Positions 38,536 to 50,190 of a DNA stretch of 64,000 nucleotides are shown in pieces (position 1 is the stretch's first letter; each line of letters starts with the position of its first letter). Below the pieces are notes generated by a model that ran no database searches, was not told the DNA's origin, and saw nothing but the letters and a program-made list of their open reading frames with translations. Source of the DNA: Octopus bimaculoides (lineage: Eukaryota); the NCBI RefSeq assembly GCF_001194135.2, contig NC_068984.1, forward strand, positions 107,103,510-107,167,509, written 5' to 3'. Position numbers and translations under genes: made by a program.

Positions 38536-39200
38536 TATATATATAATATATATATATATGTAATATTATATATATATATATTATATATAATATAGTGGAG
38601 GTGCAATGGTCCAGTGGTTAGGGGGAACACATACACCATGAAAACCGGGAAAGCGGCTCTATGCTCCACAAGGGGATAAGAGGATTTCCAATATATGTAA
38701 TATATATCATTTATAATACATATTATATATATATAATTATATATATATAAAGTGAAGTATACTTGCCACTTAAATGTGGCTGACCCCTAAGGGTGGATGT
38801 TACTGTTGCTTTTAGTCCCAGGAGAACATCTCCTCCAGCTGGCTATCGACACACATCTGTGTCCTGTCTATATTTGCCAAGGGAAGTTATCTTTCCCATC
38901 TTGATCTGCGATACGTACGGACTCGAGTTTCAGGGTAATTTCCCTTCTTCAGCGTACGACAATCGCCGACCTTCGGTGAGAAAGATATTTCCTGGCAAAA
39001 TATATGTCTTTTTCCAGTGAAGTTATTCACTGATATCGAAAAAGTGAAAACAAGCAATGTTAAATCNNNNNNNNNNNNNNNNNNNNNNNNNNNNNNNNNN
39101 NNNNNNNNNNNNNNNNNNNNNNNNNNNNNNNNNNNNNNNNNNNNNNNNNNNNNNNNNNNNNNNNNNNNNNNNNNNNNNNNNNNNNNNNNNNNNNNNNNNN

Positions 39201-39247
<47 letters not shown>

Positions 39248-39395
39248 ACGTCCCGGTAACGTAGCGGTTCGGCGCAAAAGATCGACAGAATAAGTACCAG
39301 GCTTACAAAAAATAAGTCCAATGGTCGATTTCTTCGACTAAATGGTGGTGCTCCAGCACGGTCACAGTCAAAATGACTGAAACAAGTAAAAGAAT
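39201..39395 (+). mobile_element. SINE family B, 3' half starting in (GT)n
   Basis: gtttacgtcccggtaacgtagcggttcgg...gactgaaacaagtaaaagaa. Confidence 0.88.
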
Positions 39396-39492
39396 TAAAG
39401 AATAAGCAAAAATATCCCTCCCAAATATCATAAATTCAAATATAGGTTTTTAATACATCCTGCCAAATAGTCATTAATAGAAGAATATTTAA

Positions 39493-39545
39493 CAACAGAT
39501 ATAATGGATCTAGTTAAACAACAGATATAATGGATCTAGTTAAAC
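39493..39545 (+). repeat. 26-bp perfect tandem duplication
   Basis: aacaacagatataatggatctagtta twice. Confidence 0.92.
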
Positions 39546-41074
39546 TGATTCACAAAATCAGCCCCCTTTAATTTTGCTCAGATTGCTTTCAATTTTGGTG
39601 TATCGATACAACTCTGAATTTTTGTTACGATCAACCAATTACTTTATCTCGTAAATTAAAGAATTTTATGTTATTTGGAATTAAAGTTGGGAAATTCGGG
39701 TAATTTTAGCCTATCAACATAACAGCTTGTTACCATGACAACTGCACGTTGTGTTGTGTTGATTTTTCACACCACAAGATTTACTTCACCTATGTGTTTT
39801 GTTTTAATAAAAGTTTATATTTATCACTTAGAATTTTATTATGGATATTTTTCGTCAATTGTCTTAATATTTTACATATTTTTCATATATCGCAAAAGTT
39901 GTTTGCGATGTTTATGCAGTTTCTTGGCATTATGATGGTGAATGGAATATGTGAACTTAGTACACAACCGCACACCTACACTTCAAATACAGTACTGACA
40001 AAGCATCGGTGACCCATTGACTCAGTACTGCCAAGCTTCAGGAACTCATTGACTCAAAAAGCGGGATTTCTGATTTCACTAGGTTAATTCTATTCATAAA
40101 CATTTAAATTAGGAGTATTACTTAAACTGTTAGCTTCACATTTCAACATCTTAACTGAAATTTAACCCTCATAACAGGAACTGAGAGGGATATCGTGGAA
40201 CAGAGAAATTGTCTGTGATACAGATAATTTGACGTTACTTTTGAATTCTGTATGCAAAAAAATACAGGATACAGGTACTTTTCTTGGGACAAATTCTTTG
40301 TTGACCAGTGTTATTCTTATCGTAGTTTACAAATCCAAGCATGAAAACGTTACTCAACTTTGAAGATTTGGAGACAGACGCCCCCTTTTCACAGGCATAC
40401 ACACGCACACAAACACATTTCAATTCATAAATGTACATATAAATTTATAAAGGAATATATACATCTACATGCGCTTATATATTAATGAGGTACACAAATA
40501 CATGACAGTTATACATAATACTGAAATACGCATAAAGTAAATACATGCAGATAAATATATTAATATAAATTTTTTAAGAAAATAATAAAGATAGAAACAG
40601 TAAGATGATACAAGTTAATTGTATTAGGTATTTTTGTTTATTTAGAAACTTACAATGAACAAGTCATTTCACAGACGCGAAACTATAAATTTCACAAGGT
40701 ACAACCTTAAAGTTGATACCACTGAAAGCAGAAATTCCTGTCTCGCTATTGGCTAAAAGTACAGTTTTTTCGATTTTTAAACCTCTGTAACTTTCTCCTC
40801 CTATTTCTTCTCCACAACACCATGCCTTTATAGCAGTAAGAATGAAAAACTACATTAATATAGCCGATTTTCAGATTTTTTTTACTTCCTTTTAAAAAAT
40901 ACAGATTTTGTAAATCAGTTTAACTAGATCCGATATAATTAACTAAGTAATTAATAAATATATTTTGTACTATATTTAGAAGATATCCAACGAAGAATAA
41001 TATATTTAAATGTAAGGAAAAATAGAACAGAGCCACAAACGGTATTTTTAATATATATGTCTGCAGGTAAGGTT

Positions 41075-41278
41075 GTTAGCTAGGAAAATTGTTAGAACAC
41101 TGGACATGATGTTTAGTGACATTGCATTCGTCTTTACGTTTTCAGTTCAAATTTCGCCGAGGTCGACTTTGCCCTTCATCCTTTCGGGGACGATAAAATA
41201 AGTATCATAGGGGTCAATGTAATCGACTTACCCACTCCCATAAAGTTGCTGGCCTTGTGCCAACATTTGAAACCAATA
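41075..41278 (+). mobile_element. SINE family A
   Basis: ttcaaatttcgccgaggtcgactttgcccttcatcctttcggg...ggccttgtgccaacatttgaaacc. Confidence 0.8.
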
Positions 41279-41323
41279 TGTCTGTCCGGAGATAGATAGG
41301 TAGATAGATGGAGATAGAGATAA

Positions 41324-41375
<52 letters not shown>

Positions 41376-41862
41376 GGACAAACATACATGAACGCTAGGA
41401 CACATAAGGCGCTGGAGCTTAATCTGGTTTCCGTTGCATGTTAGTTCGTGGCTGAGATTACAGCATCCCAACCCCCACTGAAAAGAATGCCATTCTACCG
41501 CATGGTGGGATAATCTCTCATCTATTGCTGGAACTCATTTGCTGCTCAGTGAACAGCAGCCACGTGAAATGAAGTGTTTTGTTGAACAACACTACATACC
41601 ACTCTGTCTGAGAATCGATATCGTAATGCTACGAATGAGTGCAACATTCTAACCACTATGCACCTTTGCATGCGCATTTGCACGCGCGCGCGTGTGTGTA
41701 TGTGAGATTGTGAGAAACAAAGGGAGAGTAAAATAAAATAGGCGTGGTCAGTGTTTATAGATAGATGGATAAATAGGGAGAGAGAGAGAGTGATACAACC
41801 ATACACACATGCATAGATAAACAGATAGACAAATGTTTGTGTGTATATATATACATGTATAG

Positions 41863-42170
41863 GAGCACTCCGTCGGTTACAACGACGAGGGTCCCAGCTG
41901 ATACGATCAAAGGAACAGCTTCCTCGTGAAATTAACGTGCAAGTGGCTGAGCATTTTACAGACACTTGTACCCTTAACGTAGTTCTGAAGGAGATTCAGC
42001 TTGACACAGAGTGCGTGACAAGGCTGGCCTTTTTTGAAATACAGGTACTACTCATTGTTGACAGCTGAGTGGACTGGAAATAAAGTGTCTTGCTCAAAGA
42101 CACAACGATCGCCGGGAATTGAAATAACGATTATGAGCCGAATGCCCCAACCACTAGGCCACGCGCCTTC
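41863..42170 (-). mobile_element. SINE family C
   Basis: gagcactccgtcggttacaacgacg...ccaaccactaggccacgcgccttc. Confidence 0.88.
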
Positions 42171-42544
42171 ACCATATATACATGTATACTACATATATTT
42201 ATATGAGTATATATACATATAGCTAAACTAAAAAAAAACCAAGCAGAAAATGTTTACAATATTTCTCTAATTTCTAGAAATTTCTAAATATTCATTAATG
42301 AACAAAACAATAAAGTTTTTACATAATTAGACTATTAATTAACTAATTTTATTATTTACGCATTTGCATGAGACGACATACGGACAATAATAAATGTTCA
42401 TGTAAAACAAAATATGGAAATGTTTAACACAAATATATTGTAATGTATATGACAGAAATAAGTTGCGGCTTTTCTTTTTTGCTGCGGGACTTGCTGTTGT
42501 TGTTTTTGTTATTGCTGTCGGTACTGTTATGATTGTTATTAAAA

Positions 42545-42756
42545 AGGCGGCAAGCTAGCAGAATTGCTTGTGCGCCGGGCAAAGTGCTTAGCAGCATGTT
42601 GTCCCTCTTTACGTTGTGAGTTCAAATTCCGCCGAGGTCGACTCTGCCTTTCATCCTTTCGGGGTCAATAAAATGAATACCAGTTGAGCACTGGGGTCGA
42701 TGTATTCGACTTATACCCCTCCCCCTAACTTCTGGCCTTGTGCCAGAATTTAAAAC

Positions 42757-42797
<41 letters not shown>
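42545..42797 (+). mobile_element. SINE family A with (ATT)n tail
   Basis: Head ggcggcaagctagcagaa, body, then (att)n at about 42757-42797. Confidence 0.88.
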
Positions 42798-42798
<1 letters not shown>

Positions 42799-43620
42799 GG
42801 TGACGAGGTGGCTGATTACCACAGGTACACTTTCTCTTTTTCTTTCACATGTAACTATCATCAGTTCCCCCATTTGGCATACATATACCATATGTTCTGA
42901 TAAGCTTTTCTCGACTCATCACCAACACAGTATATTTTGAAAGTCGAAACTTCATCTTGATTTCATACGAAAAAATCCTCACAGAATGGGTTAGACTGTT
43001 CCATTCTGCCTCACTTTTTGTGACCAAGTTCAAATACTCCAGAAATAGCGGATGATTCAACTGTCCTTTACCACTTCCTAGATCATACCCCAACATTGTT
43101 TTCTGCAGTATTTCACTCAAGGGTATCATTTCAATGGAATACGCCGTCCTCCTGACAGATTCCTCTCCAAAGTTTCACCTCTCCTTACACCTGATTCGCC
43201 GTTGTCAATTCAGTTCGCCAACATTTCGTACTGTTCCGTATAAGGCTTCTCTTGTTTTCTGCCACTCCATACATTTTCATAGTTCTAGTTTCCCAAGAGT
43301 GTAATATCGTATGAAATACTTTACATAATCAATCCGCCATGCTCAAGTTTGTGTGCCTCCTCTTAAAACTTATGGTGATTAGCTTGTTAATTAATAGCTT
43401 ATCTTTCCTTCCTGACTGTAGTTTCCACATGAGCGGAAGACTCGTTATCGATCGAAAATTGAATACAATGTTACTATCTCCCTCTTTGTCATCAGTCGTC
43501 ATCAGTTGAGTACTGAGTCTTCCTGCTAGAATTTATCCAGCTGTTCTACTATTGTTAGATGGAGCCCCCTCACTTGCTTCATCCAATATTGTTGGACATT
43601 TTCAGGCTCCAGGCAAGATA
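42798..43620 (-). mobile_element. R4/Dong-clade RT fragment (related to fragment B)
   Basis: VQQYWMK..GLH, NFRSITSLPLMWKL, RGICQ, MIPLSEILQKTMLGYDLG..QLNHPLF..SVRIFSYEIKMKF..GICMPNG. Confidence 0.85.
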
Positions 43621-43770
43621 TTTAGTGGTATCTTTTCTGGATTTTTACGTTCCGAGTTCAAATTCCACCGATGTCAATTTGCCTCTCATCCTTAAAATAA
43701 GTACCAATTAAGCACTGGGCTCCATACAATCGATTATCCCTTTCCCACGATACTGCTGGCTTTGAGCCTA
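43620..43770 (+). mobile_element. SINE family A, old copy
   Basis: tttacgttccgagttcaaattccaccgatgtcaatttgcctctcatcc. Confidence 0.75.
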
Positions 43771-44024
43771 TGGTACAATTATTGCTATAATTCAAGTGGT
43801 GTTCCTTGACGATGTAATAATTACAGTAACATTATTCTGTGGTTTATGAATATAATTTGTGATAGTTTGAAAAATTGCAAGACAGACTCTTTAAACCGAG
43901 CCAAGGGGTAGACCAACAACGAAATGGCTGGATGATATACATAATTTCAGTTGGTTACACTTGGGAATCCTGCAGAAAGTGTATTGAAAGTTGCTTCTGA
44001 TAGGACGCTATGGAGTGGTTGCAT

Positions 44025-44095
44025 GCATGCATGCATGGATTGATGAATGGATGGATGGATGGATGGATGGATGGATGGATGGATGGATGGATGGA
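44025..44095 (+). repeat. (GCAT)n/(GGAT)n microsatellite
   Basis: Direct read. Confidence 0.95.
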
Positions 44096-44111
44096 AGATT
44101 AAGTGATTATT

Positions 44112-44390
44112 CGTTGTTTAGTAATTATATGCACTTGAGTAACTACATGTATTGAGTAATTATGTGTAAATAAGTAAATAACTGTCACTGAGTAATTATA
44201 CGCAAAGATGAGTAATCATTTGAAAATTAGGTAACCATATGTAACCGAGTAATTACGTATATGCAACTGAGTAATTAGGTATTACTAAGTGATAATGATT
44301 TGTTGAGTAATTATATGTGAGTGATTATAAGCAGCTGGATAATTAAGTATAATTGGAGAAATCTTATATTAGTGTATAATTATATATAAC

Positions 44391-44395
<5 letters not shown>
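44112..44395 (+). repeat. Degenerate minisatellite, unit about 18-20 bp with core GAGTAATTA
   Basis: About 15 spaced cores such as gagtaattat, gagtaacta, gagtaatca and gagtgatta. Confidence 0.8.
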
Positions 44396-44430
<35 letters not shown>

Positions 44431-45133
44431 AATATATATATATATATACATGTAAATCTGTTTTCATAAAACCGAAACGACTGCATGGAGAAAAGGATGT
44501 GATAAGCATGGTTAGAAGACCATAGATCACCGGTAGTGCTCGATCAGGGTTAAACTGAGGTTAACAACAAAGCAACAAACGTGACAAAATCAAACCTGCT
44601 CGTGTGTGGACACACGGTATTTTAGGAATAACAACCAAGACTCCATAAAACAAAAAATGTGATAGTTACTGCTGTAATGCTACTGATCTTAGGTTGTACT
44701 CAACTAGGAGTGATCTGTGATTAAACACAAACAGGCAACAACAAATGCAGTAACACAATTTCTCAGATCAGAGGATGAGTTAATTATGGAGGATTCTAAT
44801 TAAGGAAACGTAATTAATTAAGAGAGAGGGAGAGGGAGGCACACATTAGGATTAGTCATTTATTCATGTGTTTTTTTCTATTAATACATGCTCACTAAGA
44901 AAATTAATCCACTGAGTTTCCCACGTTCCTCAAAGGCAGTTCACAACGAATATACTAACTGCAAAATATTCAAAGGTATTTGGAAAATATGCTGCAAGTT
45001 AAGCATGAACGCTTTTAGAAAATGGTAGAATTAATTTGGTACCTGCAGCCGTTATGTAGAATTTCACCCACAGAAATTAGCACATTCACACGGATACTCT
45101 GTGTGTGTGTATGTTCATAAATATATAAATAAA

Positions 45134-45183
<50 letters not shown>

Positions 45184-46043
45184 NNNNNNNNNNNNNNNNN
45201 NNNNNNNNNNNNNNNNNNNNNNNNNNNNNNNNNNNNNNNNNNNNNNNNNNNNNNNNNNNNNNNNNNNNNNNNNNNNNNNNNNNNNNNNNNNNNNNNNNNN
45301 NNNNNNNNNNNNNNNNNNNNNNNNNNNNNNNNNNNNNNNNNNNNNNNNNNNNNNNNNNNNNNNNNNNNNNNNNNNNNNNNNNNNNNNNNNNNNNNNNNNN
45401 NNNNNNNNNNNNNNNNNNNNNNNNNNNNNNNNNNNNNNNNNNNNNNNNNNNNNNNNNNNNNNNNNNNNNNNNNNNNNNNNNNNNNNNNNNNNNNNNNNNN
45501 NNNNNNNNNNNNNNNNNNNNNNNNNNNNNNNNNNNNNNNNNNNNNNNNNNNNNNNNNNNNNNNNNNNNNNNNNNNNNNNNNNNNNNNNNNNNNNNNNNNN
45601 NNNNNNNNNNNNNNNNNNNNNNNNNNNNNNNNNNNNNNNNNNNNNNNNNNNNNNNNNNNNNNNNNNNNNNNNNNNNNNNNNNNNNNNNNNNNNNNNNNNN
45701 NNNNNNNNNNNNNNNNNNNNNNNNNNNNNNNNNNNNNNNNNNNNNNNNNNNNNNNNNNNNNNNNNNNNNNNNNNNNNNNNNNNNNNNNNNNNNNNNNNNN
45801 NNNNNNNNNNNNNNNNNNNNNNNNNNNNNNNNNNNNNNNNNNNNNNNNNNNNNNNNNNNNNNNNNNNNNNNNNNNNNNNNNNNNNNNNNNNNNNNNNNNN
45901 NNNNNNNNNNNNNNNNNNNNNNNNNNNNNNNNNNNNNNNNNNNNNNNNNNNNNNNNNNNNNNNNNNNNNNNNNNNNNNNNNNNNNNNNNNNNNNNNNNNN
46001 NNNNNNNNNNNNNNNNNNNNNNNNNNNNNNNNNNNNNNNNNNN

Positions 46044-47281
46044 AAATGTTACATTTAATTGAAATTTAATCATCAATATACTTTCCCTCATTATCTATGA
46101 CTTCCTTCCATCTATTTACAAGCTTTTTAATCTCATCAATGTAAAACTCTTTTGGTTTCAAAGCGAAGAACTCTGAAATGTCAGTTTCGATCTCCTCCTG
46201 GTTTGCGAAAGTTATGTTCCCCAAATGATTCTGTAAACTACGAAACAAAAGGTAGCCTGAAGGAGCAAGGTCGGGAGAATAAGGTGGATGAGAATTTTTT
46301 TCCCAACTAAGCTCTTCAATCTTCTGTGATGTGATCTTTGCAGTGTGGGGTCGCGCATTGTCCTGATGAAACATCACTCCTTTTCTATTCACTAAAGCGG
46401 GTCTTTTTTCTCTTCAAAGCTTGATTCAAACGCTCTAATTGCTGACAGTAGATTTGAGCATTGATTGTTGCATTAGTTGGTAACAATTCAAAGTGAATTA
46501 CTTCTTTGCAATCCCACCAGTTAGAGAGAAGAACTGTTTTTCCCATGAAGTGTCCTTCTCGGTTGTGGTTGTACTTTTTCCCTTTTACCAAGCCACTGTT
46601 TATGACGTTTAACATTTCGATAGAAGATCCATTTTTCGTCACCAGTCACAAGTCTATCCAAAACAGATGAAATGAGTTTGCGAGAATGGAGAGAAGAGCA
46701 GATATCAACTCGGGATTTGCGGTTGCCTTCGGACAATTCATGAGTCTCCCATTTTCCAAGTTTAGGAACCTTTCCAAGTTGTTGAAGATAACGATGAACA
46801 GTTATATGGTTTGAACTAAGCTTTATTGCCAATTCTTCAACTGAAGATGCAGGATTTTCTTCAAGTAATGCCTCAAGGGGCTTATCATCAAACTCAAGCT
46901 AGACTGCCGTTTGATCTTCATCTTCAAGGATGAAATCTCCACTTCCGAATTTTGCAAATCATCTTCTGCAAGTTCTTCCATTCAAGCATTCTTTCCCATA
47001 AACTGAGTGTATGTTTCGAGTCGCTTCGGCTACAGAGTTTCCTTGTTTGTAATCATAAAGCATTATGTGCCTCAAATGCTCATTGGATACTTCCATGTTA
47101 GAAAGGGTTTTAATCAAAGAAATTTTAATTCTACTATTCTGTAAAATAATATTTAATTAGTTTAAGTGTACACAAATGCATAAAAATAATTTTTAATTCC
47201 ATTAGACATTCTAGAATACTATTTAAATTTCATTCAATTTTAAAAAAGGTAAAATCGGGCAGAACTTATGGGATGACCTGA
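46044..47281 (-). mobile_element. Near full-length mariner transposon (DD34D), inactivated
   Basis: 5' TIR TA-TCAGGTCATCCCATAAG; ATG at 47096 (MEVSNEHLRHIMLY); TGDEKW, HQDNARPH, HPPYSPDLAPSGY (third Asp changed to Gly), ends EGKYIDD*; two stops and frameshifts; 3' TIR in gap. Confidence 0.95.
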
Positions 47282-48097
47282 TATATGAATATATGCATAC
47301 ACAGGTTTGGTGGAACAAATACAAACACAACTCAATTCATGAGTCTATACATGCGTGTGTATGTATCTGTATGTGTGTGAGTGCCTCTGAATGGGTGGGA
47401 GAGAATACGCACACATACAAACGTAAAATAGCAGATACGAACACAAATATGTATGTATATATGTATATATACACACACACACACACACAGACGCAGATGC
47501 AAATATAGATTTAGGTCTATCATTTACTTTCTTTTCCTTTTCTCTCGCTCTCTCACTCTCTCGATCTTTGTTTCATTCGTCTTTCCGTTTGGTTCTTCTC
47601 TCACGCTTTCTCTCACTCTCTTCCTTTCTTTTTGTAAAGAAAAAACAAAAACAATCGTTAAGAATCTCAAACAACTTCAGCAAGGTTGTATTAAAGTTTA
47701 AATATTTAAGAAATGTTTATATCTTTTTCAATGTCTTTCATTCATGTTCCTGTTTTCCTGTTTAATAATAGCTTGATATTTAAATATATATACCATGTAC
47801 ACATTTGCTTTTTACTTCTCAATGGGAATATTATGATGAATTATGTTCACTATATGTTTACTTTTTTCAGAACTACTTCACACGGTATCGCCAAAAAGTT
47901 TACAAAACCCTAAAATTCATATTTCTTTTATTCGTTATCAACAGATATACACTTGACACAAAAGAAACAAATTTCAGTAGAGAAGATTTGAGTTATAGTG
48001 ATTCTAATACGTTTTTGTATTTGCTTCTAATAGTTATTGACATATGTGAAACAAAAAGACCTAAAACTGCACTTACTAAAAAATATTAAAAAATATT

Positions 48098-48261
48098 AGG
48101 CGCAGGTGTAGCTGTGTTGTAAGAAGCTTGCTTCTCAGGTACATGGTTGTGGGTTCAGTCCCATTGCGTGCTACCTTGGGCAAGTGTTTTCTCCTATAGC
48201 CGAGTACCGAGCAGTCTTGTAAGTGGATTTGGTAAACGGAAACAGAAAGAAACCCGTCGTG

Positions 48262-48293
<32 letters not shown>

Positions 48294-48515
48294 ACTTTAT
48301 GTCTGTGTTTATCCCCTACCACCGCTTGACAACCGGTGTTAGTGTGTTTACGTCCCCGTAACTTAGCGGTTCGGCAAAAAGAATCGATAGAATAAGTATC
48401 AGGCTTGTACTAAAAATGACGACTGGAGTCGATCGTTTGACTAAAATTCTTCAAGGCGGAGTTCCAGCATGGCTGCAGTCTGATGACTGAAACAAGTAGA
48501 AGGAAAGGGTAAAAG
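48098..48515 (+). mobile_element. SINE family B, full length with internal (TA)(GT)n
   Basis: ggcgcaggtgtagctgtgttgtaag head, ccttgggcaagtgtttt CORE-like block, tail gactgaaacaagtaga. Confidence 0.92.
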
Positions 48516-49791
48516 ACGTGTTCATACAGAGATCGATGAGCTATCACTTGGTTCTCATTCTACTCACACTGCATGGCTCCATGGGAAAGTATTCTCTACC
48601 ATAAGCACAATACCACTGAAAACTTTGGGGCGATATTTGGTAGATGGAAACCAGAAATAGGTCAGTTAGAAAATTTATATTATGATATATTCTCTGAATT
48701 CAAATACTGCCCTTTTCGAATGAGACGATCTTACTAGTCAGGACTAATAAAAGAGGCGTTTGGGGTCAGTCTTAATCGTTAATTTACGGAAGAGTTTAGT
48801 TGTTATACATCTCCGATGCAAGAGCACGTTCAATACAAAATTTTTGAAAGGAAAAAATCGAAATGTGATGAGGTTAATATAATGGTACAACAGCGAGTGA
48901 GTAAATAAGAAAGAATAATTCTAGAGTGATAAGGCTCCTAAGACAAAACAACCTGTTTTCAGCTTTGAAAGAAGCTTCTGATTTGGAGGTGTAAATGGAT
49001 TTGAAGAGGAGACTCATCTCTTTTTGGAAGAGGTAACAGTAACATTGCTCCGATCAGATTAGCTCTTTCTATCCAGGGATACCAAAGAATCATGTTGGCT
49101 GAATTGAGAGTGTCTGACAGTACAGACTTGACATTTCTCATCCACTAAAAGAAGGCAACTACAAAGACTTAATTAATGAGGCTGTTGCCCATTGATTGCA
49201 TACAACACCGTTCCCTAATGAAGTTGACTGCCTCAGGTTCCTACAAAATCAATGTGCTTTTTCTTGTAGAAGAGCAGTTTCTAACTTAATACAATTGAAG
49301 AAAGCTACAAATTAGATAGGCACGTCATCTGAGACCAGCTCAAGATTATTGTAACTGATAAGAGATTGCAGATGGAATTCTTTTGTAGAAGGGTAATTCA
49401 GTCCCTGATATTTCGGTCGGGCGACTCGTACAAGCTTGTAACCCTGAAATAGCGACTGAAGAGACAGATTATTGTCAATGATATGATAGCTTTAGTCGGC
49501 ATCAAGAGAAGAGCTTTCAACGATTTTGAGCAATTCCTACAGTTTTTACTTGAGGTAAAGCATAACTGAGGCTTATTTCACCTGTGTCGGATAATTATGG
49601 TTGTTTGGAGTAAAACCGTTGCATGTTATTAAAAATTTTGAATTAAATATGCATGCAATTGCGTTAAAATTGTAAACAAAATTTATTTCAAATGCATATT
49701 TATGTAAAAGCGATAATTATACCAATATTTATATAAATTCATGTAAAGTAATTTTCCAGAGAAAACGAATGCAAAAAATGTTTGTTTGTGT

Positions 49792-49854
<63 letters not shown>

Positions 49855-49961
49855 NNNNNNNNNNNNNNNNNNNNNNNNNNNNNNNNNNNNNNNNNNNNNN
49901 NNNNNNNNNNNNNNNNNNNNNNNNNNNNNNNNNNNNNNNNNNNNNNNNNNNNNNNNNNNNN

Positions 49962-50006
<45 letters not shown>

Positions 50007-50032
50007 GCACATATGTGTGTATGTGAATATTT

Positions 50033-50190
50033 CCCCTGGGTATGACTTTAAACTGCATCTGGTAGTGGGCCCTGCTTCGGGAGTTCTAGGGTATTGAAAG
50101 GTGTGGAAACACCGCTTAGTCACTATTGTTCTTAGGTTTACCTTGACCCAGAGTACTAGGACTACTATGGGACCAGCTATGGGTTAATCA
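50033..50190 (-). mobile_element. Old retroposon 3'-end fragment (RTE-related, tentative)
   Basis: cctgggtatgactttaaactgcatctggtagtggg... resembles a mollusc retroposon tail recalled from memory. Confidence 0.35.

Noticed and set aside
40653-40722. Minus-strand exon with a perfect GTAAGT donor
   Set aside because: All three frames contain stops; a non-coding exon cannot be supported without transcripts.
44112-44395. CRISPR-like spaced repeat
   Set aside because: The core is only about 9 bp and degenerate, the spacers are about 10 bp, the context is eukaryotic, and there are no cas genes.
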